Of a stretch of 64,000 nt of DNA, positions 1 to 12,588 are shown one piece after another. This DNA comes from Marsupella aquatica (taxonomy: Eukaryota > Plantae > Marchantiophyta), in the NCBI GenBank assembly GCA_973895155.1, contig OZ316899.1:15279974-15343973 (forward strand), read 5' to 3'. The notes beneath the pieces were generated by a model that did not search any database, was not told the origin of the DNA, and was given only the letters and a program-made list of their open reading frames with translations. Position 1 is the stretch's first letter. The number at the start of each line of letters is the position of its first letter. The position numbers and the translations under genes are program-made.

Positions 1-1322
1 TAGTATGTAAAGAAAATAATAGAGCCGCATCAATCACCCAACCTTTATTATCTATAAGGTGAGAGTCAACATGGCCGGAACAAGGTCCTTACGGGGAGAA
101 CCTCAGTAAGCCAAGGGTATCCAATGTGACCTACAAAACCCAAAAAGGACAAAACAAACAATTGAAGAAAACTAGTCTTCTTCACATAGATGCTACCTTG
201 TAAGCATCGGAGTTGTAATCAAACTCTGTGTTGTAATCGGAAGATGCAATGTGATCCTCTACCCAATAGATGTGGTTCTCTCTATCAATCCAATAGGCCT
301 TCTCCTCTTTGAGTCTCTTGCGCTTGGAGGGGGCCGTGAGCTGATTCTTCTCGGTTTGGTCAGGAGCTTTGGCGGATTTATGAGATTCAAAAAGCACAGT
401 AGAAGGAGTTTGTGGCATGATGGAGGATGAGCCCACTGACGGCGCACAGGAACTATCATTCTTGGCACAGGGTGTGAGCCGGATGATTTCTGTGGCTCAG
501 GGTGTGGTATATGTCTTGGAGGAGAAACATCCTTGAGTGGGTCATCGGTTTTCGGATTGTAACACTACACCTCCAACTTGGGTATGACTACCATGCGAGG
601 AAACAGGAAAAAAAATGCTCGTAACAGGATTTTATTTGCTGTAAGAAGGTTTTTTTTGGCAAAATGGGCCCTTTTTCTCTCATAACAAGGTTTAGATGTC
701 AACCCGCTAGTTATAACTTGCCTCGCTAGCCAAAAATGGCCGAGCAGTTTGGTTGGATTTATCAGAGAAGGTGCTGTAAGCCAGCACAATTCAGGCAAAA
801 ATTACTAACGGTCTCGAGTTCTACTTTTCATTTCCAACTAGGGTTTAGGGTTTGGGCAATCATACAAAGACCACCCCACTACAAACATGATATTTCACCT
901 TATGAGGGGAAAATAACCTCGCCATTCATAGTCTGATACAATCACACCTCATTCAATAATGTAATATGATTCAGGCATCCTATTTCGTATGCACAAGGAA
1001 AAACAACAAGGGTGTTTCTCTGAATAACCACCATTTGTTCAAATAATACACCATAAATGAACTGTTTTAAAAATGAAGGCTAGCGACCTCGCTAGCAAAA
1101 AAACAACCAACATATGGTATTTTTGTATATGCTTGAAAAGAACATTCCTTTATTAATGGAAATATCTATGCTCACAACTTAGAAACAAAATATTCTACTC
1201 CTTATGGTCATGATATCATGGTCAAAATATCTCACCCTCCGAGAAATCTAAATTAATTAAAACAAAATCCAACTTACTTCTCACTTAAAAACAAAACTCT
1301 TTCCAAAGAGGACCTGTCCATC

Positions 1323-4300
1323 TCAAACCTCAAGTGCCCGTTGAGTAAGATCAGAAATTTCAGCTATGGTTAAAATAGGCTGCTTAACAATATCATCACT
1401 ATCCAAGTTCAAACGGTAAACATTCTTAAAAACCCAAAGAATATGTTTGCAAGACATATAAGATTTTCCATGCGAATGCCGCTTGAAGAAATCTGGACAG
1501 GAACAACAAGGAAAAGAGCACAACTGAATCCAATATTTTCTCGACTTACTTGGATTGTTTTCATGAGTAGCAATCAAAAACTGTGATCCCCATCCGTTTC
1601 CTTGGACGACTTTCTCAGAAGCTACGACCCTCATTTGTTCGTCATTTGCAGCCTGAATCCTTTTCAAGAGTTATCCTGTGAAGTTGAAACGCTGCGAGTA
1701 CCTTTTCCATTCCGTATCTTCATTCGTCTATTTGGGTAGGTTACATCAACCTTCTCTGGAAAAGAGTTCACGTCAATGCGAAGTTCCACCCGGTTTGGAG
1801 GAGAAACAATGCCATCTGGTTGGCAGTCCATGTAGTAGAGACCCTCAATTTGAAAACCCATCTGAATCAAGAAGTTGATTTCAGGAGGTGTTAACCCTGT
1901 CCCTCGATGAACTTTCAGAGATTGACTTGTTTTGTGACAGATATTGTTTGGACAGAAGTACAGAAGTTGAGTGTGCAGCGAAGTGATCCTCAAACCGTGG
2001 ATGGCAACCCCAACAACACCGCATGATCTTTTGTGATACCCGACTTCCTTGATGAAGTTCCTACACTCGTCTCTTCCAGAAATGGTTTGATCCATAGACC
2101 CATTGCAGACTAGACCATTTCCGTTTCCACACCTCCGGAAGTGCCAAGTCCCAAATGGTATGTCTACTTCATGTACAGCTGGTATTCGCCAAGGTGGAAT
2201 ATGAATTGGTTCCCCTGTACCAAGAGGAGATACAGCTTCTTCATGCAACGGCCTTGGAATTTCTTGAGTGTCATCAATCAACATATCAGTGCCATTTTCT
2301 TCATTATCAGAAAGAAGGATCACAACGGATGGGTCCAAAACAACTTCTGGACCTCTAGACGACATTGAGTGATGGAGTATTCTGGAAGTTTCCAAAACAT
2401 CTTGCTTATCTTCCACCACTTTCACACTTCCAAAATCCGAATATAGATTTCTCGGATGTACCCCCCTGGTCACTGCCTCGGTTCGCATTACCCTATCATG
2501 TCAATGAGAGTCTTCAGCACCAACTCTTGCCGAAGCAAGACCTTTTCGCTTTCCAGACTTTGTGCAAAGATCCCCGTGAAGTGGTTGGGTATGATGGAAA
2601 TCGTACTTTGGAGACGACTCAAGCAAAAGATTTGATGCTTTCTTGAAAGCATCAAGAGATCCAAGAGTATTCGCATTCCGATATGCAAGTTCAAAAATGG
2701 TTGGTCCATGTCCCCTGTGACATCCCTCAATGTACGCAGCAAAGGCAGCAATCTGTCCACCAGCTCGATTTTGATCCAATTCACAAGCTTCCAACAATCC
2801 GATCTTCCTCTTCATTTGACAGGCTCTCATTGACGCATGTACAGATTCCGCTCCAATACAATTTGGCATCAATGCTGACTCCTTTGTTGTTTGAGTCTGA
2901 AATCCAATACAAAAACAACATAAGATTGTGTATCATGATGAAAGGCCCCAAACATAAACTCCCACTTAACCGGAATGCTAGCGACCTCGCTAGCCAACTC
3001 AAGTGGTTTACTTCACTTGTCAGTCTGAAGTAGTTTCCCCATTGTCGCCAACGAACAACCCACCAGGCAATCCAGCCTTGCAAAGCCCTCAATTTACCAT
3101 GATGACAATTCCCTGATTCCACCACTCTTGAATCTCGTCTGCCACTCTGTATGCCTCAACATATGTTTGGAGCATTCTGAAATTTCTCCCACATCTTGTA
3201 ATGCTCTGAATGTTTCCCGTCACAAATTCCCTCCAATGTATGACGTCTCAGAGACTGAGACAAATGGAATGCATCACTATGTTCTCTTTCTGGGAACCGG
3301 ACACCATCAAAGAAAACATTTCTCACAGCAATCCATCCAGCTTCAGCATTGTCAGCCATAAAACCTGCTATCTCTACCTCACTAATACCATTCTTGGCAG
3401 CAACCTCCAACATTAAACGCCATGCAGTTTCCAAAGAGTCAGCATCCTCAGCTTTCAATTCACAAGTGAATATTGTACAAAGGGCACGGTAAGTGTGATC
3501 ATAAACATGAGCACTGAAAGTGAGCCAACCTGTTGTTATCCTATGCATCACGTCAAAACTCACCCATGCCCCCTCTAAAGTTCCTCCTCTTTGCATGCGA
3601 CGGAGAATGTCAACACTTGAACCTGGACCCTTGGTACTCATCTTGAACACATGAGCTCGGATGGAATTCCCAGCCTGTCCCGGGAACATGAACCTCTGAA
3701 GGCATGGAAATCTCACACGCGTTTGCATCTCACGAAGTGAATCCAACTCACTTTTCTTGGGATTTCCTATCTTAACACTTTGAAAAATTGCATGGAACTT
3801 TGCCGGCGATGACACAACTTTCATTGAATTCCACAATTCAACCTCCTCTTCTTTTGAAAGATCTTGGCATGACTCGGGATGCAAAAGCGATATCAATGTA
3901 CCTATAGAAATGTTCTTCACCCTGGAGGGTGTTGCTAGTGGATGAGCTATCTGGACGCCTTGAATAACTTCTTCCGCTTTCTTCTTGGCAACTCGACACT
4001 TCCCCGTTTGAACTGGATGATCATGAAATCCCATATGCACAGCAAGTCGAGACATATGCTTTGATATATGTGAATCCAAGGCCGGTTTTGCGCACACATA
4101 AAACACTTAGCAGGAGAGGGCCTTACACAAAAAGGTCTTTGGTCACAAAACCTGCAAACCAAACCTCCTTCAAGAACAAGGGAACCCGGCTGGAAGACAT
4201 CTGTAAGAAGAGACCTTCCTGGGAATGCAGCTTCATTCTTGGCCCAGTCTCTTTGAATTTTGAACAATTCAAATTTTGACATTGAATAACACCTATGCAA

Positions 4301-5064
4301 CGGACCTTGAAAACAGACCAGTGGTCGCGTGGCTTCAGATTAGCAGATGTGGTGACCAATCTTGTCCATGGATATTCATCATTATCACGGTCCATGTCTA
4401 GAAGCCCTTGCCCTTGACCAAATCTAGATTCCACCGGAGGAAGCTCATAGACCTTGTCTCCATTGTAACTTGTGGGAAGCCAGTCAACTTGGAAATCAAC
4501 CCATGCAACATCTCTTCTGAATCTAGCAAGCTCACTGGCCCCAGTAATCTTCAAGAATGCTTCAAATGCACCAATTCTGTAGACTTTGGTCAATCTATCA
4601 GAACCCACAGCCTTAGGTTCAACCACCTCCTCCTTCAAATTGTCCACCACAATTGTTGACCCCATCACCGACACCTCATCATTAATTCCTATAGACTCTA
4701 GAGGGTCCAGGTCCACAAAAACCCGTTCATGAATCATCTTAGAATTCTGTCCAAGGAAAGGGATCCCTGGAACATCTGCAAATGACTCAGGATCTTCATC
4801 CTTTCCGGAAACAAGCTCAACAATATCTCCAGACTCGACCTCCCAAACTCTTCCTCCATCAAGACTTCTTGGAATGAATTCATCCTTTCGAGCACCATGA
4901 ACAGAAACAAGGAAAAATAACTTTGAGATGTAGTCACCATTTGTGATACCAAATCTCGTCAAGAGGAATGACTCAGTCACCGGGGTGATCTTCCTCATGG
5001 AAGACACCTCCAAGTTAACAACATCACCATTGCTCCTTTGCTAGAATATGACCACCAAAGCCAT
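1323..5064 (-). pseudogene. MULE transposase, disrupted: WRKY-GCM1-like Zn domain, DDE core, Cys-rich domain, C-terminal SWIM finger
   Basis: ORF pieces 4123-5013, 3947-4300, 3156-4106, 2781-3125, 2501-2872, 1664-2488, 1323-1667. Motifs KVRCIGVIQC..C, CRFC, GFHDHP (GCM/WRKY-like); WVSFD, FMAD, (C/D)xxH=DAFH, AESVH (DDE); CSC..CKH (SWIM). Intron about 2897-3020. Several frameshifts and stops. Confidence 0.85.
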
Positions 5065-5209
5065 CGAATTGAGATGGAGAAACATTACCAAAGGTAGTGG
5101 TATAGAAGATATGTAAGAAAGTCCAAAACGACATCTAACGGGATTAAATGTGAACGTTGAATAAACGACAAAATGTCCAACGGATACATTAAATCAAGGA
5201 GATGTAATA

Positions 5210-5901
5210 TAGCTAGCGATGTCGCTAGCTAAAACCTCTTAATTTTGATTAACCACTATACATGTCATATTCTATATAGAGAGATCATTTAGAGACTATT
5301 TAGAGACCATTTAGGGACCTATAGGGTACGATATAAAGGAATATTCTGTCAAGCCCTTCATTTTGGGGAAAAGACAAAGGAAATATAGAAGATTAGTTTT
5401 AAAGACTACTTTTTGTCAAACTTCACAAACCAAAACCTTCAACTCAGAAAGAATGTATTGCCAGCGATCTCGCCTGCAAAAATCCAGACGGTTCTAGAGG
5501 ATCCATTGAGTCAATGACTAATACATAAATTTGTCAAATAAACCCTAGTTATCAGGTCAGCGATGTCGCTAGCAAAAATCACCAATATTCATCTTATCTC
5601 TTTGATGTAGTAAAGGTCAATATCCCTAATATTTTGTTGTCTTATTCAATACCCTAGTTAAGCTAGCGATCTCGCTACCCATAATGGATGACCAAGAAAC
5701 AACGACTGAAAATATATTTTCCATCTAACATCTTTAATGTTTATACTTTCTTTAGACAAATGTTGGTTTGGGGAAAGGCATTTAGAGTCCCTTAAAATTA
5801 AACAAGAATCAGAAACGCTTAAAATTTAGGGTTTACGTTCTTTTGTATTAATATATTACCGTTGAAAATCTGATGTCCATTTGGATAGCGATCTCCCTAG
5901 C
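5210..5901. promoter_or_regulatory. Cluster of five GCTAGCGAnnTCGCTAGC palindromes in the divergent intergenic region
   Basis: Copies at 5212, 5460, 5556, 5662, 5884. Further copies at 1079, 2977, 9412, 10655. The sequence is seen directly; a regulatory role is inferred. Confidence 0.7.
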
Positions 5902-6297
5902 TAAAATCTCAAACTGTAATGACCCGGAAATATATGGGTATGGTTTACTCATAAGTCTTTCCTAACGGAAACCCAATGGTAAAATAGAAGGTTGATCAAC
6001 GTTAAAATTGATAGTTTCCCGTTAACAACCTCTAAAGGGAACGTCACATGGGGGTTAATGCTGAATATTATGGTTATTCTAGTTGCTCAGCGTATTCATG
6101 ACGTTCCAACTTCAACCGATGCTATTTAAAAGAGACTTGCATTTTTTTATTGCCATCTGTGAGGGACGTTGGATTATTCCCTGTCAATGTCAGATACGCA
6201 GTTCACAGTATGTGGATTACTTAGGATTATCCCTCTAATCCAACTTTGGATTCCCAGCTCGGTCCTTTGCTAATCTCGGTTGTCGTCCTCCGCTTTA

Positions 6298-6357
6298 CTT
6301 TGGATACTCTCTCGAATGAGACTTTGGATACTCCCTCTAATCTGACTTTGGATACCA
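6298..6357 (+). repeat. 24-bp tandem repeat (~2.5 copies) upstream of the accessory gene
   Basis: CTTTGGATACTCTCTCGAATGAGA / CTTTGGATACTCCCTCTAATCTGA / CTTTGGATACC. Confidence 0.8.
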
Positions 6358-6426
6358 ATTAGAAGTCACCGTACTCGCTGCAACACTTCGTTCGTGTGTT
6401 ACTCCCTTCCATTTCTTTATCAGCCG

Positions 6427-9400
6427 ATGGCAAATTTTGCATCACCAGAGTCTGTCTCTTCTCAAGCTTCACAGTCTGCAGCTTCTCAGTGTCGAGAGAC
6501 AAGGTCTTCGACTACCAACAAGGCACTAGCTTTGGGTTTGAAGACACCTCGTCAAAGGAAACTTGTTGATCCAGTGGAGATTTTGCCACCACCGATGGAG
6601 TCTTCTAAGTCGGAACCGTTCTCCGTGGTGATCAACCGTCACCTCTACCACTTTGGGCCAAACAAATTTGGGTATCCCCTTGTTCCCCCTCGAATTCCAC
6701 TGTGTAGGATGCGAAACATGCAGCTTGTCAGGTCGCTGCAGACTGATTCCAATGCAATCGAAACGCTCAAGAATGAGTTTCGAGCTCAGGGTTACATTGA
6801 GGACGCGCCCAGGTTTTACGTTCAGATGACGAACAAGAATGGTGAGGTTCAGTTCATCAATGACACTATTCAAATGGGTTGGGATCCGATATGGGCGTTG
6901 CAGAACAAAGATTTTGAGAGAGAGTGCGATTCTCATCCAGACTTTGCTGTATTGAAGGACAAAATGTTTCACGTTTTTGATGGTAATCATCGTCTGTACT
7001 CGTGGAATCTGCTGGCCATCGAGAACCCACATGATATCAAATATCATCCTCGTGTTGTCACCAAGATTTTCAAAGGGGAGAAAGACACGTTTGTGCAGAT
7101 TGAATCTATGCATGCCCTGAACCGGTGAGCATCGAATCTGTTCTGATTGATTCAATGCTGTCTGTCACTTCACATTTCAGGTTTTCTTATCTCTGATTTG
7201 TACTCGAAACATCTTTGATACTTTTGTTCATTGGCAGGCTCACTCAATGCCACATTGAGAATTCATGGGTCCTGGAAGCAGATCATGTCCAGAAGATACT
7301 GAACACGGACTTGTCGGTCTACAAGGATTTGATTGATGCAGACAATTTCAAGTTGTTCCAACAAAAGATGCAAAATGTGAAGAAACCCTCTTGGTATTCA
7401 AAAAATATGACCCTGGATGCTTGTATTTACATTCTATCAACTACAAATATAGCTTCCCAGACTGCAGATTTGCAGAATAAGTTTTCTCTCAAGGAGGATC
7501 TTGGAGAACCTTTGTCAAAAGCTGCGAAGGACACTGCTCTACGAGAAATGATGAAGGAGCAACTATCTGATTGGAATGTTAAAGTTCCAAAAATTGCTCC
7601 TCTTCTCAATCCCGAATTCAGAAATGTGTGGAGATGCACAACTATTGTGAGAAAGAACGGAAGGAAGCACAAAGGACTAATGATAAAGGGAGAGGCAATG
7701 TCTCATGTGGTCTTGATCGAGCGAGGATTTTTACCGGGGTAACATCTCTCAGCCCATTGCTTTGTTGCAATCTACTTGAAGCGCAGTGCAAGCCCGAGCT
7801 ACGGAAGCAATATTTTCATCCTGGGCAATTCTCAGATAGTGAGACTAAACTCTGGCTGCATAGGTGGGCTACGTGGGAACAAGTAGAGTCGATTGCTAGA
7901 TCTCCTTTGTCCGAAGCTGTTTCAGAAATGATTCTAAGTGTCCCTGAATCTCAAGTTCTTTCAGCCTCAGAGAAGAACAAGGCATCACTTGTTCTTGATA
8001 TTAGTGATGAGTTTGAGGACTTTTTGCAGCAAGTTAAATCCAGGTTTTTCAAGAGCATTTGGGCCCCAAAAGTAGGGGAAAAGATAGATATTGTCGCATT
8101 TCGGAGAAGGGCAAAAAGATACGTATACTGATTTTTTGTTGACCGGGAGGTGGCCAATCGAGCATTCTGGTGGTGTTACCCCGCGTGTTTCTCCCAGTGG
8201 GCCAAATACGTGACTAACGATTTAGGAAATCAAAAATGCGGCGACTACTCAATGTACCCTTGTGAGGACGTTGAGCCACTCCGGAAGATGAGTGAATGGG
8301 AGGTTTTACACTGTCCATGGTACTTAGATTCAGAGAATTGGTCTCTAACATTTGATGGGTCAGAGAAGCTTGCTTTGCAGAAGATAAATCGTGGGTTAGT
8401 CCCAGAGTTTTATATTTCTGAATAAAAAATGCCCAACCTCGAAGTAGTGCAGGCCGGGTGTGAGGCGATGGAGCAGGCTTGCCTTGGTGTTGCACCAATT
8501 GTTGATAGAAGCCGTTCCAAAAATTTGAAGAAGGACGTTGTGAAGGAGGTGTCGAAAGAGACCTCTCAGGTTTCCGGCAGGAGAAGTAAGTGTGCTCATC
8601 GTCCTAACTCTCAATCGGCTTCTAATGTTTAGCCCTTTCTTTGCAAATTCTCATTTTCTGAGGTTTTTGGTTCTCTTTTGTTTTCCAGAAAAGAGAAGGT
8701 CGACTGGTTCAGAGAGTGTCCAGACCGTGCAGAATCGTGGGCGACAGGATCCCATTGAACCTGAATCTCTGGATTTTGAGATTGTGATGAAACCGATTGG
8801 TGATAAGCTTAAGAAGAAGAGAAAAGTTCAAGTGCTCTCAGATTCAGAAGATGAGGAAGGGTCGATCAGTGAGGGTGTGATGAGGATATGTGGACTTCAA
8901 CTGGATGGGAATCGACATTTCTTTGCCAAGAGTAATTTACGTTTCACAACAGACTCAATTGCTTTGAAGAAAGTTTGACCTTCGTGGATGGGGGAGGGGG
9001 ATCGCTGGCTGAGTGAGATTTTGAGTTCTTCAGAACATCCGAGTCCCCTAAGAATCAATGGCAAGCCTTACACCAGTACCAGTGCCCATCTTGGGTTCAT
9101 TGCTCTTCCTACAGGACTAAGGCCTCGTGTTACTGATGTGAAGGTGCCAGAATGGAAAGTTTGGATGGAGAAACTTCCTTATTACTTCTTTGGAGTCATG
9201 AGACCCATGCTGTCCGATGATGGATATGTGGCTGTTCTCCATAGTGGAGAATTTAACCACATGAAGCAGATTTTTGCTGCCATTGAGCAGAAGAATAAAT
9301 TCAAACATCTTCGCCAGTACCACGTTTTGTTGAGTAGCCCAATGTGGATGCCAGACATCGATGTTGAGGTGAGATGTCAAGAGTTTTGGGTTTAAATTAT

Positions 9401-10453
9401 ATGTGTTTTTTGCCAGCGAGGTCGCTGGCCTTCACAGCCTCAATATTTGACATATTTTTTGCTTTTCCAAGTTTGCAATCTCAGTCTGGATGTGTTTTGT
9501 CGAACTGAATTCGATGGGAAGATCCCCAAGGACCCGAAGTACATCCCCATGGCAACATCCGAGGATGCATCTCATAAGAAGTTACTCAGTCTTTGTTACC
9601 CAAAAATCAATGTCAGGACTGAGTTAGCTTTTGCAGGGTCTTGTCGATTATCTGTTGGATTCATACAGGCGGTGATGGAGCTTTTGACAAAGCCAAGAGA
9701 CATTGTGCTAGATTGGAATGTTGGAGATGGAAGTTCATTCCGAGCGGGGGAACTCTCCGGGAGGTTTGTAGTAGGGGTTGAGGATAGGGAATTTCTCCAT
9801 GATGCTGCGCAGGAGTCGTTGAAGTTGGTTCTGGATCGTCATAAGAAAATTGAAGACATCACTATCGGGATGGGTACTGAGTCATTGGAGGATGGGGATT
9901 CAGATGACAAGTTTATTCTTGCCGGATCGAGTGGTGGAAGAACGAAAGTTCCTGCTCCGGATGAGAAAGATGACCACGATGAATTTGACCTGGAGTAATG
10001 TACTTATCCTGTCTCATACCAAATCCAACTGTGTTTAGAAAGTTAAGTTCAGTTTTTTCCACCTTGAATTAATCGGCTGCTGATTTTGCTTCTTACAGTG
10101 ATTGGCGTGTAGATTGGTTCTCGGAGGAGAGATTTTGGCTCCGCAAGGAAATTGAGGGCGCTTTTCTCTTCTCGCCTGAGAAATTGTTCACTCTACCTTG
10201 TTATGCGGAGAAGTCTGCAATTGAAGCAGATGAGACTTTTGTTATGACTTGGGAAGGAAAAGGTCGGAGGTCAGATCGTGGCGCTCGGAGGAATTTGTAC
10301 AGCCTTCCTTTCATGGATGTTGAGGCGGGTCATGTGAAGAGATATGTGGACGAGTCCGCTGAGTCAACTGATAGGGAGTTTGGCAGTGAGGAAATCAGTA
10401 GTAGTAGTAGTAGGAATGATTTGGAATCAGATGAAAGTCATTCCACAAATTAG
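6427..10453 (+). pseudogene. TE accessory gene: ParB/Srx-like N-terminal domain + beta-class amino-DNA-methyltransferase-like domain (5 exons, disrupted)
   Basis: Exons about 6427-7124, 7238-8585, 8689-9368, 9471-9994, 10099-10453. Introns are GT-AG, with one acceptor decayed to CAA. ParB-like: RIPLCRM..R..D..IETLK..F..QGY..VFDGNHRL. MTase-like: HLGFIALPTG..W..RPMLSDDG..LTKPRDIVLDWNVGDGSS..GRFVVGVE. In-frame stops at 8129, 8423, 8976; frameshift near 7620. Confidence 0.75.
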
Positions 10454-11530
10454 TGTGAAGTTTGATTCTGCTTGTGTGTCCCCTGAATGGGAAGCAGCAT
10501 AATAAGCTTGATCTCTTTAGCCATTCTGGAGAACTTACTCTCAGATTCAATAAAGTAATCGAGGCAGCCAATTTTGATGAGTGGGAAATGTCTGTAACTT
10601 GAGTATAATCTTTATTGGTTATCTTGTTTTGATCAGTTTTGTGTATGATGGAAGGCTAGCGCCCTCGCTTACAACCCATGTGCATTATGAAAGTTTTGAC
10701 AAATGCTTAGTTTGGTTGTGTGAAATCCTTTCTAGGCCAGTTTGTAGGCACTAAATATGCCATTCAAAAAATGACATATCCCTCGCTAACAAAAGCTCAT
10801 GTCGCTAGCAATTTCTCCTGTTTCCTTGCATGGTACAAACCCCCCTCCAACTTCCATTTCATGTTTGTGCCAGGATTCTGAGGAGGTCCCAAGATTGTTC
10901 TGAAACATTGAACAAAATAACAGGGATCAGAAACAAATCAAAACATGACATTGTAAAAGAATATTCAGAAACTAGTGAAATTCAAAGTGGTTCTTACCTT
11001 CCAGAGTGGTAGTAGACTGAAGGAAGAGTGGGGGCGGAAGATTGGGAAGGAGTAACCTGGTCTGAAAAACTTAAAGCACCACAAGGGGAGGATGAGTTTT
11101 CTATCATTCGTTCGGGCAGAACTTGGTGTTTGTCAAGATAATAAGGAGAGGGGTCTGGGACCTGATGTATAGGAAGAGTGGGCCATTCCTTCGCGAGGGC
11201 AGAGCCTAGATAATGATGACTTGGATGCCAACGTCCCTAAACAACTTACGCGTGAAAAGACTTAATCATGGATCGTGATCACGCGGACGTTGTGGCTAAC
11301 TTGTGTGAATGAAGTTACAGTTTATTGATGTGTAATCACCTGCCTCGAGGTGGAATAGTTGGGATTGCATACCTGGAACCACATTTAACTCACAGGAGGG
11401 AAGAGTGTGATTGGACTAGCAATTTCACTGGCCTGTAGGACATCTCCGTTTCAACATGAAAGTTTTGTAGGTGTGTGAGATGATGGGTGTTTAAGTGAGG
11501 CTTTCAAGATGTGAGATTCCTTTAGTCCGT

Positions 11531-11642
11531 AATGCTTGCCTCATGTAAGAATATTTGGGATTAGATGCCTTTAACCATGTTTTGCATAATGCTTGCCTCA
11601 TGTAAGAATATTTGGGATTAGATGCCTTTAACCATGTTTTGC
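11531..11642 (+). repeat. 57-bp tandem duplication
   Basis: AATGCTTGCCTCATGTAAGAATATTTGGGATTAGATGCCTTTAACCATGTTTT at 11531 and 11588. Confidence 0.9.
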
Positions 11643-11820
11643 TCATGGGAGGGAGGACAACCATTGCACTGGCATAAGGTGGAGTGTTGTACTTGTTGGT
11701 ACACATTTCTTGGCTCCGTCCTTTTGTGAGACCAGAACCAATGAAAATGGAAGAATGGTTAAGGCAGGCTTTTAAGAAGTTACAAGGACAGTCTTACTAG
11801 TGTCTGAGGTGGGTGTCTAG

Positions 11821-11929
11821 GCTAGCGAGGCATAAGCAAGGTGGTAAATAGGGTCACTTTAAGAGGGAAATTTTGCTCTTGGGATGAATTTTTTACAAAA
11901 AATTTACGATTTGCTCGTTACAATTACCC
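11821..11929 (-). mobile_element. Orphan terminus of an older related MULE
   Basis: Revcomp GGGTAATTGTAACGAGCAAATCGTAAAT resembles the family TIR (GGGTA...AGCAAATAGTAAAT). Half-palindrome GCTAGCGAGG at 11821. Confidence 0.45.
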
Positions 11930-12588
11930 AAAGAGGTCTACATTGCTACTTCTTCCATAGAGCTAGTGGGATCTTCTTTTCAGTGGATCAAGTAAACAAG
12001 ACTATTTTCCTGTGGGAAAGTAATTGACAAGGCTCGTCAGGTCTGTCTTCGCTGATGCCTGCCTACACTGTCAATTTGATTCCGGCGACTAAATCCGTAG
12101 TGCGTGCACCAATACCCAATTGTGAGTTTGTGGTTAGAGTAGTTCAGAAAGGAAGAACTACAGGAGATGGTGACAATAGCTCCTTTTAAAACGGAAAAGG
12201 CACTGTAACGTCGTATGGCAGGGTTGAGTTCACTTGTGTCAACTGTGGCGGTTGTCGAGGAATTGCCGAGTTTCAAAGTGGTCCTTCGAGGTTTGGAAAG
12301 TACTGGCGCCAAGGTCTTTGTTGCCTTTAATAAGTGATGGACGGTAAGGCGTGTTTGGTGTACATGGAGATAGGCAGTAGATACGCGTGCGATCCCACCT
12401 CCGTTAGAAGGCTGCTGCGAAAAGAGGAGGTTTGGGAGTAAATGTTATGCGTCCTGGGAAAGGGAGGGGCGGCCGGTCTTGATCCATGAAAACCTTGCTA
12501 TTCAAGGAACAGTAAGCGACTCTCTGTTGCGAGAAGTCATCGCCAGAGAGTTGAGTGCTGGGGCAATTCAAGAAAGAGAGCGAAGGAG

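Larger units (their letters stand above)
580..10844. mobile_element. Complete Mutator-like (MULE) DNA transposon, element 1 (~10.3 kb): transposase plus divergently transcribed ParB-like/MTase-like gene
   Basis: Imperfect TIRs GGGTATGACTACCATGCGAGGAAACAGGA (580-) and revcomp GGGGGTTTGTACCATGCAAGGAAACAGGA (-10844). 9-bp TSD CTCCAACTT at 571-579 and 10845-10853 (10 bp if the end is 10843). MULE DDE transposase inside. Confidence 0.9.

Noticed and set aside
563-579. CACTAC just left of element 1, suggesting a CACTA terminus
   Set aside because: The 9-bp TSD, G-rich TIR at 580 and MULE-type transposase fix the boundary; no matching GTAGTG end with a 3-bp TSD was found.
838-853. TAGGGTTTAGGGTTT telomere-like motif
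   Set aside because: Only two units; a common telo-box, not an array.
6427-10453. Bacterial contamination explaining the ParB-MTase gene
   Set aside because: Spliceosomal introns at conserved positions, and the gene is inside TSD-flanked elements adjacent to plant sequence.
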